Below, in pieces: positions 26,789-35,372 of a stretch of 60,074 nucleotides of DNA. This stretch comes from a virus (Duplodnaviria; Caudoviricetes). Numbering within the stretch: the first letter of the stretch is position 1; each line of letters starts with the position of its first letter. The translations under genes and the position numbers were made by a program. The stretch spans positions 1 to 60,074 of the IMG/VR virus record IMGVR_UViG_3300031965_000030, one strand, 5' to 3'. The notes under the pieces were generated by a model. The model was given only the letters and a program-made list of their open reading frames with translations. It was not told where the DNA came from and did no database searches.

Positions 26789-27322
26789 ATGCCAATGGAA
26801 TTTGAAGAAGCATGTTCCCCTTATTTGCAATGCAAAATTTGTAAAAACGATATAAAGCCAGAAAAAAAAGAAAAAATGTATTTATGTTCTAAATGTAATC
26901 ACTGCAATTTCTGTGATGCTATATCAGATGGTCATAAACTTATTCTTCAGGGGATCATAAAACAACATGAGGAACGAGCGATTATAAGGCATGGTGCAGA
27001 AGTTAAAACCATTCTGGATAAAGCCCTTACTTATTGGGGAGTAGACATTTATATTGGACAAACTGGTGAGGAAGCAGCAGAGTTAATAAAAGAATTAGCG
27101 GAATTGATTCAGTGTTTGAATCATTATAAAAGACAGCGCAATGATTCTGATCAAAAACTTATCACCGAAATGGCCCATGTACGTTTAATGCTTGAGATTA
27201 TGCAATTGATTGTACTTCCAGGTAAAGGTGGTGCTCAACTATTTCAGGAGGTAATAAATAAAGAAGTTCTTCGTATAAGAAAAAAATATGAAACTGGTAA
27301 TCAGAATGTGGATCACAATTGA
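26789..27322 (+). CDS. MazG-like NTP pyrophosphohydrolase with N-terminal Cys-rich domain
   Basis: EEAAELI...EMAHV helical motif; three CxxC. Confidence 0.6.
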   Translation: MPMEFEEACSPYLQCKICKNDIKPEKKEKMYLCSKCNHCNFCDAISDGHKLILQGIIKQHEERAIIRHGAEVKTILDKALTYWGVDIYIGQTGEEAAELIKELAELIQCLNHYKRQRNDSDQKLITEMAHVRLMLEIMQLIVLPGKGGAQLFQEVINKEVLRIRKKYETGNQNVDHN

Positions 27323-27352
27323 AATAGAAATTTTACACAGGATGGGTTGGTA

Positions 27353-27877
27353 ATGAAAAATATTTTGATTGTTATAAATGGGGAACCAGAAAATGGTAAG
27401 GATAAATTCGTTGAGTTTTGTGCAGAGTACATTGAAAAAACACATGCAATTGAGGTACATAATGAATCCTCAATTGATCCATCAAAACAAGCAGCCAGAA
27501 TACTTGGTTGGAATGGAGAAAAGAACGATATTAGCCGTAAATTTCTTTCTGACTTAAAAGATATGAGTAGCAATATTTATGATGGTTCATTTAAATATAT
27601 AACAAATTTAGTTAGAACAAGAATGGGTTTTCTATTTATACATATCAGGGAACCACAAGAAATTTCCAGGGTTAAAAAAGAGCTACAAAATTGCATCACA
27701 CTCTGTATAAAAAGAAATGGTAAAACCCACATTCATAATAATCATGCGGATGCAAATGTTTATAATTATGATTATGATTACATAATTAATAATGATCATG
27801 ATTTAGAATACTTAAAGCTAAAAGCATTTGAGTTTTCAAAACACATTATGACCATTTATAAAGAAGATAAAATTTAA
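27353..27877 (+). CDS. P-loop (d)NMP kinase-like protein
   Basis: INGEPENGKD, KQAARILGW, RKFLSDLK, HIREP, YDYIINN. Confidence 0.75.
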   Translation: MKNILIVINGEPENGKDKFVEFCAEYIEKTHAIEVHNESSIDPSKQAARILGWNGEKNDISRKFLSDLKDMSSNIYDGSFKYITNLVRTRMGFLFIHIREPQEISRVKKELQNCITLCIKRNGKTHIHNNHADANVYNYDYDYIINNDHDLEYLKLKAFEFSKHIMTIYKEDKI

Positions 27878-27891
27878 ATTGGAAATCAATT

Positions 27892-29328
27892 ATGGTTATT
27901 GAAATTCAGGAACTAGACGCTGTTTACTGCAAGGTACTAACCCCACAAGGCCAAGGGTTAGTATGGGAAATTCTTTCTTATGAGGATGTAACCAGAAACA
28001 TATGGTCTGGATTCCCTGAAGCAGTGAAAAGATCCCATATGGATAAACGTGGAATGAGTTTTTTATGTGGTTTGATTCCATATGTAACCAAAAAATTGGT
28101 TGAAATGGGGCATGAAGTTGATGTCTTTAAAATAAAAGTGAATCTGCCATATCGTTTATTTGTAAGTCTTCCTGATACTATTTTTGAAAAATACCAAAGT
28201 AAACTTTTGCGCAGTGTAGGTAAAAATAACAGGGGGATTTTAATAGCCCCCACTGGTGGGGGAAAAAGTTTAATTTTGGGGGGGATAATCAGCAAATACA
28301 ATATTCCTGTATCACTTCTTATCGTACCTACAAAGTCTATTTTAAAACAAATGGAGAATGATTTTAAAAAATGGTTCCCTGAGTATGATATTGGCATTGT
28401 TGGTGATAATCAATGCACCGTAGGGCATATAACCATAGCTTTATTTCAATCCCTAAGCAGATGGGATTTAACTAAATACAATAGCATCCTACAGTTGATT
28501 ATCATTGATGAATGCCATAAAATGAATAATTCAATACAAAAAATGCTCAAACAGCTAACAAAAGTTCCCTTTAGATTTGGTGTTACAGCAACGCCAAGGA
28601 GGGAAACAGACTTTAATGAATATGGAAGAATGATTGGAAATATTGGTCCTATAATTAGTGAAGTTGATGATATAGAATGCATTTCCAGAGTAACCCCATG
28701 TCATGTTTATACTATAGGGTATTATTGTCATTCACCAAAAGGAACAGATTATAGAAGTATTTACCAAAAGGATATTCTTTTCTCTATTATAAGAAATAGA
28801 AAATTATTATCTGCGGCTAAAAAATTGGCATTGGATAAAGGAAAAACCTGTGTTTTTTTGCTTGATCAAATTGAACAAGGTGAAATTATATTTGACATAG
28901 CAAAAAGTATGGGGTTAAATCCATACTTAGTGCATTCAAAAATGAAAAAAGGACATAATGAAAATATAAAAAAGTTATTATCAGAAAATAAAATAAATTT
29001 GGTAATAGCTACAGGAGTATGGGGTATTGGTACTTCAATCTATAATATTGATTGCGTTGTTTTAGCTTCTGCAAGAAAGTCTTACATTGATACTCTTCAA
29101 AAGTTAGGTCGTGCAAGAAGAAGATCAGCAAAAAAAGAAGAGGCAATAATTATTGATGTTATTGACAAAGTAAGAAATAACTCGGGATGCAGAAAGAAAT
29201 GTTATAAATACTTTGAAGATTATTCTAAATTAAGAATAAGTTGGTATAAAGAAAAGAAATGGTATATGGGTGATGCGTTTAACGCCCAGGCTAACCGGAT
29301 GGGTTGGAAAGGAGACAAAGATGAGTGA
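27892..29328 (+). CDS. UvsW-like superfamily 2 helicase
   Basis: APTGGGKS, IIDECH, TAT, QKLGRARR. Confidence 0.9.
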   Translation: MVIEIQELDAVYCKVLTPQGQGLVWEILSYEDVTRNIWSGFPEAVKRSHMDKRGMSFLCGLIPYVTKKLVEMGHEVDVFKIKVNLPYRLFVSLPDTIFEKYQSKLLRSVGKNNRGILIAPTGGGKSLILGGIISKYNIPVSLLIVPTKSILKQMENDFKKWFPEYDIGIVGDNQCTVGHITIALFQSLSRWDLTKYNSILQLIIIDECHKMNNSIQKMLKQLTKVPFRFGVTATPRRETDFNEYGRMIGNIGPIISEVDDIECISRVTPCHVYTIGYYCHSPKGTDYRSIYQKDILFSIIRNRKLLSAAKKLALDKGKTCVFLLDQIEQGEIIFDIAKSMGLNPYLVHSKMKKGHNENIKKLLSENKINLVIATGVWGIGTSIYNIDCVVLASARKSYIDTLQKLGRARRRSAKKEEAIIIDVIDKVRNNSGCRKKCYKYFEDYSKLRISWYKEKKWYMGDAFNAQANRMGWKGDKDE

Positions 29329-29578
29329 GCACTTATGGGGGCTTGTGAGACCATCATGTCCTATGTGCCCCCAGGAAAATGGAAAAACACAATTAGGAAG
29401 TATTGAAATCAGTAACTTCTATCTTATTGACAACAAACGATACCAACGGATTGGCATGTCAGTATCAATTCAAGTTGACAGCACCGGAAAAACACTTGGT
29501 ACAGGGTTTACTCATGATCCATTGGAAATGGTAACAGTAGAAGCGGCAGCGGAACACTGCCAAAACAGCAACGCATGA
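29321..29578 (+). CDS. hypothetical protein (CxxC)
   Basis: aaggag RBS; CPMC. Confidence 0.6.
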   Translation: MSEHLWGLVRPSCPMCPQENGKTQLGSIEISNFYLIDNKRYQRIGMSVSIQVDSTGKTLGTGFTHDPLEMVTVEAAAEHCQNSNA

Positions 29579-29614
29579 GTTAACCTATCCACTTAATAGA
29601 AAAGGGGTAAAACT

Positions 29615-29827
29615 ATGTGGGAGTGTAAAAAATGTGATAAAACATTTGAACGACTTCAAATATCTTGGGGCGAAAGCGGGGGACAAAAAGTTGATATACT
29701 TGATTATTTCTGCCCCCATTGTGGTAATACTGGTTATAAAGAGGAACCACAATTAACTTACCTTGGCACAGTAGACGAAAGAAATGCTTACTGGGATAAG
29801 GAATGGACTGGCACAGTTATATGTTAA
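29615..29827 (+). CDS. small Zn-ribbon protein
   Basis: CKKC...CPHC. Confidence 0.65.
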   Translation: MWECKKCDKTFERLQISWGESGGQKVDILDYFCPHCGNTGYKEEPQLTYLGTVDERNAYWDKEWTGTVIC

Positions 29828-29851
29828 AGGTGAGCACAAAGGAGATTACGA

Positions 29852-30109
29852 ATGGGGGATAGAAGACTAGTATGCCCGAAATGTGGTTGTGTACTTTGGT
29901 TAAAAACATGTCCTAATTGCGTAGGTGAAGTTGAAGATTACTGCCAACCAAGTCGTACAGACACTCTTTGGCGGCGGTGTTTTTGTGAAGTGTATGAAAC
30001 AGCCAAAAGGACAGGTGCCACAACCGTTAAATTTTCTGATGTAGACGCACTTGTAATGAAAAAAGCAAATCTTGGGATTGACAAACTGTTGAAATTTTTG
30101 AATGATTAA
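29852..30109 (+). CDS. small Zn-ribbon protein
   Basis: CPKC...CPNC; aaggag RBS. Confidence 0.65.
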   Translation: MGDRRLVCPKCGCVLWLKTCPNCVGEVEDYCQPSRTDTLWRRCFCEVYETAKRTGATTVKFSDVDALVMKKANLGIDKLLKFLND

Positions 30110-30141
30110 CCATTAGATGTACCCAGATTGAGGAGTAAACA

Positions 30142-30327
30142 ATGCCAAAATTAGAAAGGATTTGGATGTATAAAAGTGCTAATAGGTTTTATGAAATTAG
30201 GATGGATTGGGATAATGGTCAATGCCTAGCGATAGGTCTGAAAAACCTAGAACCTGATGCGGTTATAACGGGACTTCTTCAGGTGGTTCATTTTTTAAAA
30301 AATGAACAAAATAAGGGAAATTTATAA
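30142..30327 (+). CDS. hypothetical protein
   Basis: gaggag RBS. Confidence 0.6.
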   Translation: MPKLERIWMYKSANRFYEIRMDWDNGQCLAIGLKNLEPDAVITGLLQVVHFLKNEQNKGNL

Positions 30328-30351
30328 AGAGAATTGATAGGAGAAGGATTT

Positions 30352-30726
30352 ATGCCAAGAGAAAAATGTGAATACTGTAAAACCGAACATGGAAATCAAT
30401 ATATCTGTAAAAATCATCCACTAAAAAATCCTTCCGTTGTTGAGCGATTAATTATGCGTGGATTTCCCATTGAGTTTAAAGTTATAAAAGGAGGGCATAC
30501 AATTATAAAAGGAGAACATACAAACAAAGTATGGAATTATGTTTCATCCTGCTTTCAGCGTATTGTTATCCCACCTTTTTCTCTTGTTTGGTGGAAGTAT
30601 CTTTATGATTACCACACAGATAAACAAAGCCGAGTAATTAGGGTGCGGGGGTGGCGCTCCGCACTAATCGAAACTCCAAACAAAACACGGATATCTGTAA
30701 CTTTTTGTCCCTTTTATTTTTGGTAA
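30352..30726 (+). CDS. hypothetical protein, apparently chimeric
   Basis: CEYC..H..C N-terminus joined via SVVERLIMR to a dissimilar C-terminal part. Confidence 0.55.
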   Translation: MPREKCEYCKTEHGNQYICKNHPLKNPSVVERLIMRGFPIEFKVIKGGHTIIKGEHTNKVWNYVSSCFQRIVIPPFSLVWWKYLYDYHTDKQSRVIRVRGWRSALIETPNKTRISVTFCPFYFW

Positions 30727-30766
30727 ACCAATATAATGAGTTTACGGATCAGAAGGAGAAAATAAA

Positions 30767-30976
30767 ATGAAATGCCCAACATGCCAGGAAATAGTTCATG
30801 CTCCATGGTGCCCAGAGGTACAAAAAACCGAATGGTTAATTTGCCCTGCTTGTGGGAAAAAAGCAGATCTTAACACAACGACAAACAGTATAAACTGTTA
30901 CCATTGTGAATATTTCAGCCCTAATAGATATGCAACTGCCAATCAAGCTATAAAATACAAAGAAAGAAAGGAATAA
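30767..30976 (+). CDS. small Zn-finger protein
   Basis: CPTC, H...C, CPAC, CYHC. Confidence 0.65.
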   Translation: MKCPTCQEIVHAPWCPEVQKTEWLICPACGKKADLNTTTNSINCYHCEYFSPNRYATANQAIKYKERKE

Positions 30977-30980
30977 ATTT

Positions 30981-31199
30981 ATGGAATGGCAACCTATTGA
31001 AACAGCCCCAAAAGATAAACGAATTATTTTATTTTGTTCTATTATAGGAAAATCAGTATTTGGGTATTACAATACTGACCGACATGCAAAAACTCCGCGC
31101 CCTTATTGGTCACATGATCTTGAAAGAATGTATGGTGTATTGCATGTACGTCGTGACCAACCAACACATTGGGGATATCCCCCAGATGACCCAAAATAA
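30981..31199 (+). CDS. DUF551-like protein
   Basis: MEWQPIETAPKD...PTHWGYPP. Confidence 0.75.
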   Translation: MEWQPIETAPKDKRIILFCSIIGKSVFGYYNTDRHAKTPRPYWSHDLERMYGVLHVRRDQPTHWGYPPDDPK

Positions 31200-31238
31200 G
31201 AAAATTTTAAGCCTTATTACAAATAAAAAGGGCATTCA

Positions 31239-31463
31239 ATGACAAAATTAAAATTAACAAAAACAATGCCAAGAGCAAAAGTTAAATTTATTATTGAATA
31301 CGAATATGAATTACAGCCGGAGTTTTACCCGGAAGGTTTAAGCGCGGAAGAGATGTTGAAAATTGACATTAGCAATATGAACAATGACCCACTGATGGTG
31401 TTGGATCTTGCAATAGGTGATAGCCTGGCTAAATGGGAGACAACTGGGGAGATTATTAAGTAA
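31239..31463 (+). CDS. hypothetical protein
   Basis: ORF with N-terminal MTKLKL. Confidence 0.6.
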   Translation: MTKLKLTKTMPRAKVKFIIEYEYELQPEFYPEGLSAEEMLKIDISNMNNDPLMVLDLAIGDSLAKWETTGEIIK

Positions 31464-31478
31464 AATTCGGAGAGGCTA

Positions 31479-31673
31479 ATGGCACATATTGATGATAAAA
31501 TCATGCATTGCAAGGGGTGTGACAAGGATTTCATAATCCCACACAACCAGGCAGGAGGTTTTTGGTTTCTGTGTGGCTGGACGAATCCGCACGGTCTGGA
31601 GTTTTGGGGTGGTTACTGCGTCAAATGTTTCCATGCTTTAGATAAGGTTACTAATACTACAGGGAATAAATAA
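31479..31673 (+). CDS. small Zn-ribbon protein
   Basis: CKGC...CVKC; gagg RBS. Confidence 0.6.
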   Translation: MAHIDDKIMHCKGCDKDFIIPHNQAGGFWFLCGWTNPHGLEFWGGYCVKCFHALDKVTNTTGNK

Positions 31674-31873
31674 TGTCTATTAAAATTACTGAAACAACCG
31701 AACGTCAATGCTGTGCGCATAAAGACTTGAAAAAGTATAGGGGGGAAGGATCAAAAACAATTGAGATGTTCTGCCAACACTGCGGCCAGCAATTTACTTC
31801 TAAAATCTACACTGAGGCAGGACGTAGTATAGACAAAATGTATGTAAAATGTGGATTAGGTATCAATTCATAA
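31673..31873 (+). CDS. small Cys-rich protein, paralog A
   Basis: IKITETTERQCC...FCQHCGQ; similar to 31923-32147. Confidence 0.7.
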   Translation: MSIKITETTERQCCAHKDLKKYRGEGSKTIEMFCQHCGQQFTSKIYTEAGRSIDKMYVKCGLGINS

Positions 31874-31922
31874 ACAGGTTGAATAAAGTTATTATTGCCA
31901 AATAATATTACAGAGGTACATT

Positions 31923-32147
31923 ATGCCTATTAAAATTACGGAAACAATAGAAAGATTTTGTTGTGAACCTAAAGATCTAAAAAAGTATGAAGGAGCACAT
32001 AACGATGAAGAGCCAAAAAATGTAAAATGGTTCTGCCAATACTGTGGGCAACTGTGGGAAAACCACACTTATACTGATGCAGCTGGTTCAAGAGATACAG
32101 AATTGGTCAAATGTGGAATGCATCTAATTCATAAACAGGCTGAATAA
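31923..32147 (+). CDS. small Cys-rich protein, paralog B
   Basis: IKITETIERFCC...FCQYCGQ. Confidence 0.7.
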   Translation: MPIKITETIERFCCEPKDLKKYEGAHNDEEPKNVKWFCQYCGQLWENHTYTDAAGSRDTELVKCGMHLIHKQAE

Positions 32148-32164
32148 ATTAAAGGAGCTAAGAA

Positions 32165-32401
32165 ATGGCGATAATTGTTAATTGTGTTTGCCATAAATGC
32201 GGGAAACGCTGGTGAACTGCTGTCGGTAGCAGCAGGTCAGCCCCAACGATTTGCCCGGACTGCGACAAAAAAGATAAGGACCAGAAACGGCGGGAACATT
32301 TTCATAGCCTTGATAAACTAAGCCTAGAAGAGCGGATGAGTAAAATTGAGAAGTGGATATATGATTATCGGCCACCAAATACAGGGTCTAGTATTTTTTA
32401 A
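32165..32401 (+). pseudogene. Zn-ribbon protein gene with in-frame TGA at 32213 (pseudogene or recoded)
   Basis: aaggag RBS; MAIIVNCVCHKCGKRW*TAVGSSRSAPTICPDC...LEERMSKIEKWIY, with the two CxxC knuckles on either side of the stop. Confidence 0.65.
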
Positions 32402-32419
32402 TTTCAAAAAGGAAATAAC

Positions 32420-32581
32420 ATGAAAGTCAAATTGGGTAATGATAGAGAGTGGACAATCTATGCAGTAGGTGAAACTAAAGAATGTGTTATGGATATTCAT
32501 TTTCCAAAGAAACTTACGAAGAAAAAAATTAAGGAAATCCAAAAGACTTTACAAGAGACGTTAGCTGAAATCAATATTTAG
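32420..32581 (+). CDS. hypothetical protein (53 aa)
   Basis: aagga RBS; MKVKLGNDREW. Confidence 0.55.
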   Translation: MKVKLGNDREWTIYAVGETKECVMDIHFPKKLTKKKIKEIQKTLQETLAEINI

Positions 32582-32590
32582 GAGAAAATA

Positions 32591-32680
32591 ATGTATAATC
32601 TATTTGCGGGCTTATTATTATTCTTATTCGGCTTTTTTATTGGATTAGTTTTAGGCGTTATAGTAACTAATAGAAATTAA
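32591..32680 (+). CDS. tiny membrane peptide (29 aa)
   Basis: aggag RBS; entirely hydrophobic core. Confidence 0.5.
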   Translation: MYNLFAGLLLFLFGFFIGLVLGVIVTNRN

Positions 32681-32722
32681 CTTCCAAAGTAGCTTTGGAC
32701 GAAATAATCTACGGAGATAAAA

Positions 32723-33478
32723 ATGAATGATTTATTTGGTGTAACTGAAAAAATGATTAAGGCTGGAAATGACATAGCGGGGCATTTAGGTAATGCGAGT
32801 ATAAGAAAAAATATGAGTGGATTTGGTGGATGTAAGTTATTTGTTTTAGAAGATTACCCTAAAGAGTTTCAATACTTAATTAAGGCATACGTTGATGGTA
32901 AAATAGATTCTGTAATAGCTATCTATCTAGCCATGGAAGATGCAAAGGCAGAAGAAACAAGTGACATGCTGGATGCAGAAGTAGAAGAAACAGAAGATGA
33001 CTCACACATCACAATAACTAATAATGGTCCTGAAACAGTTGTTGTTAATGATTCTTTAATACTGCATAAAGGAAGTAGTGGTGGTTTTTACGTTGATATT
33101 GGTAAAGAAATTCGTATCAGCAAACAGGAATCCGCAGAAAATCCTATGACAGATTATGATCAATGGCGGCAAGATAGGCAATTGATGGAACATTACAAAG
33201 ATGCACTTCAGAAAATTAATAGTGGTGTAATAAGTCCAATTCAAACCGCTATTGATGCCTTATCAGACAATCAACCTGAAGTAGAAACGACTTGTCCATT
33301 TTGTAAAGGGAAAGATACCGTTATACAAGAGTTTGGAGTAAATGAGTTTGAAAATGATGCAACAGTCTATGCAATTAGTTGCATTGAATGTAGATCAAGA
33401 ACTTCATGGTTTTCTGATTATAACAAAGCATTGTATCAATGGAAAGAAGCAAGTTTTAGAAGCAAAGGACAAATGTAA
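32723..33478 (+). CDS. multidomain protein with C-terminal Lar-like Zn ribbon
   Basis: TCPFCKG...ISCIECRSRT...ALYQW. Confidence 0.65.
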   Translation: MNDLFGVTEKMIKAGNDIAGHLGNASIRKNMSGFGGCKLFVLEDYPKEFQYLIKAYVDGKIDSVIAIYLAMEDAKAEETSDMLDAEVEETEDDSHITITNNGPETVVVNDSLILHKGSSGGFYVDIGKEIRISKQESAENPMTDYDQWRQDRQLMEHYKDALQKINSGVISPIQTAIDALSDNQPEVETTCPFCKGKDTVIQEFGVNEFENDATVYAISCIECRSRTSWFSDYNKALYQWKEASFRSKGQM

Positions 33479-33663
33479 TGGATAATAAACTATTAGCTTG
33501 CCCTTTTTGTGGTGGTCCAGCAGAATTAAGGTTAGAGTTTTATACAGATATGGATGGAAAAGATTTTATTTACAACACAGTACGTTGTGCTGATTGTGGA
33601 GCAAGAACACCACGATGTTCTAATGACATTGAAGCAATGGAAGAATGGAATAACCGAGTATAA
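33478..33663 (+). CDS. Lar-family restriction-alleviation-like protein
   Basis: LLACPFCGG...VRCADCGART...AMEEWNNR. Confidence 0.8.
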   Translation: MDNKLLACPFCGGPAELRLEFYTDMDGKDFIYNTVRCADCGARTPRCSNDIEAMEEWNNRV

Positions 33664-33676
33664 GGATAATAAACCC

Positions 33677-33838
33677 ATGAGAAAAAAACACCCATATCAT
33701 TGCGTTTTATGTGGTACACAACTTGAGGAAGAACAGCTTGGGGTACTTGTATGTCCATCATGTAATCAATTTTTTCTTCCTATTATTTCTGGTGAAGATA
33801 ATTCACTTCATTGGTTCAACAAAAATGAAGTCTGGTGA
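33677..33838 (+). CDS. small Zn-ribbon protein
   Basis: CVLC...CPSC. Confidence 0.6.
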   Translation: MRKKHPYHCVLCGTQLEEEQLGVLVCPSCNQFFLPIISGEDNSLHWFNKNEVW

Positions 33839-33866
33839 TTTTTATATCCATCATAGGAAACCAAAA

Positions 33867-34214
33867 ATGACCATTAAACAAGAAGCAATAAATGACACAA
33901 TTAACTATTTAAAAAATCTTAGATTAGGATCTACACCATCTGAGCCAAAATATGGCATTTGTTCCAATCTTAAAACATTTTTAGATTCTCGTGTAAATAA
34001 GGTAATTACTAAGAACATACTATGTAAAGTATATAATTTAAGTCACACATGGTCAAAATATTCTGGGGATGATACATATCCTGTTCCAGATCCTGAAGGT
34101 GTAGATCCAGAAGATAAATATGACATAACACATAATAAATGGACAGGATGCTACGGGGATCTTAGAAGAGAATTATGTCTTTATCTTGCAGAAGAATTAC
34201 AAAAAGGGAATTAA
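33867..34214 (+). CDS. hypothetical protein
   Basis: GICSNL...WSKYSGDDTYPV...WTGCYGDLRRELC; agga RBS. Confidence 0.7.
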   Translation: MTIKQEAINDTINYLKNLRLGSTPSEPKYGICSNLKTFLDSRVNKVITKNILCKVYNLSHTWSKYSGDDTYPVPDPEGVDPEDKYDITHNKWTGCYGDLRRELCLYLAEELQKGN

Positions 34215-34218
34215 AATA

Positions 34219-35187
34219 ATGGATGACCCACGAATAACAAATGCCATTGAGCAATTTAATATCTATGAATTTCTTGATGAACATAGTGTAAGTTATTCCC
34301 TAGAAGGAAAAAATATAGGGGGGAATTACATAGGTATTGAAGTATGCCCAAATTGTTCTCGTGGTGATTTCCATTCTGGTATTCATAAACATAAATTATT
34401 TATGACCTGCTTTGTTTGTAAATTCCAAGCTAATATAATAAAAGTAATTTCTATATATAGTGGAATGTCATATAAAGTGGCAAAAAAATATCTAATAGAC
34501 AATTCAGAAAATAATCTTGATGTTGTTCAAATGGTTCAACAAATTGTCTATTCTAAAAAACCAAAGCGGGAATATAACTTTGATAAAATAGATCTTATTC
34601 CAAAATCAAGGCGTATAACAATAAATGATATTAACACTAATCCTTATATAAAAGAATTTTTTAAAAACAGAAAACTTAATATTTGGCATTGCCATTGGTA
34701 TGATCTTAGAATAAGCCCTTTAAATGAGCATAAGGGGCACATCTTCTTCCCGGTGTATCTCAATGGTGAGATTGTAACATACCAATGGAGAACTCTCCTT
34801 GGAAAAACGTATCATAACTCCGAAAACCTTGGGTCATACCTCCTGAATGAAAATAGGGTTATTCCTAATAAGCCCCTTATACTTGTTGAGGGGTATCTTG
34901 ACTTTACAAGAGTTGATTCCTTCATTCGTTGTTTTTACAAAGATAAAATAGCTGTAACATCTGGTATGGTAAAATCAGTTTCACAAAGGCAAATTCAAAG
35001 GATTACTCATATAAAACCATCTAAGTTAATTGCTATGCTCGATAATGATTCTTGGTTTGATTATAGAAGATTAGAAAGGGAAATACCTTTTGATGTGGAT
35101 CATGTTATACTCCCAAAAGGGAAAGATCCTAATGAATTATCTTGGAAGGAACTTCATATAATTTTTAAAGGATTAAACATATGCTGA
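34219..35187 (+). CDS. DNA primase (Zn finger + TOPRIM)
   Basis: CPNC...CFVC, LVEGYLD, MLDND, KDPNE. Confidence 0.88.
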   Translation: MDDPRITNAIEQFNIYEFLDEHSVSYSLEGKNIGGNYIGIEVCPNCSRGDFHSGIHKHKLFMTCFVCKFQANIIKVISIYSGMSYKVAKKYLIDNSENNLDVVQMVQQIVYSKKPKREYNFDKIDLIPKSRRITINDINTNPYIKEFFKNRKLNIWHCHWYDLRISPLNEHKGHIFFPVYLNGEIVTYQWRTLLGKTYHNSENLGSYLLNENRVIPNKPLILVEGYLDFTRVDSFIRCFYKDKIAVTSGMVKSVSQRQIQRITHIKPSKLIAMLDNDSWFDYRRLEREIPFDVDHVILPKGKDPNELSWKELHIIFKGLNIC

Positions 35188-35360
35188 TAAATACTTGGAA
35201 AACATTATATATTTTACTAACCCAGTACGTTATTCTTGGTGGAACTGGTTTCATAATTGGAATAAATTATGAAACCATGAGGTTAAATGTGGTATTACCA
35301 ACTATTATATTTGGGTATATATTTAATGTTTTCATACTAATTTTTTTATACAAAAAATAA
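35181..35360 (+). CDS. small membrane protein (59 aa, two TM segments)
   Basis: aagga RBS; two hydrophobic segments; last + strand gene. Confidence 0.5.
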   Translation: MLINTWKTLYILLTQYVILGGTGFIIGINYETMRLNVVLPTIIFGYIFNVFILIFLYKK

Positions 35361-35372
35361 ATAATTATTTAT

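Noticed and set aside
30105-32720. Shared intergenic motif (taac...tac[gc][gc]a) after several accessory genes
   Set aside because: Similarity at about 30107, 30733 and 32700 is too short and degenerate to distinguish from chance by eye
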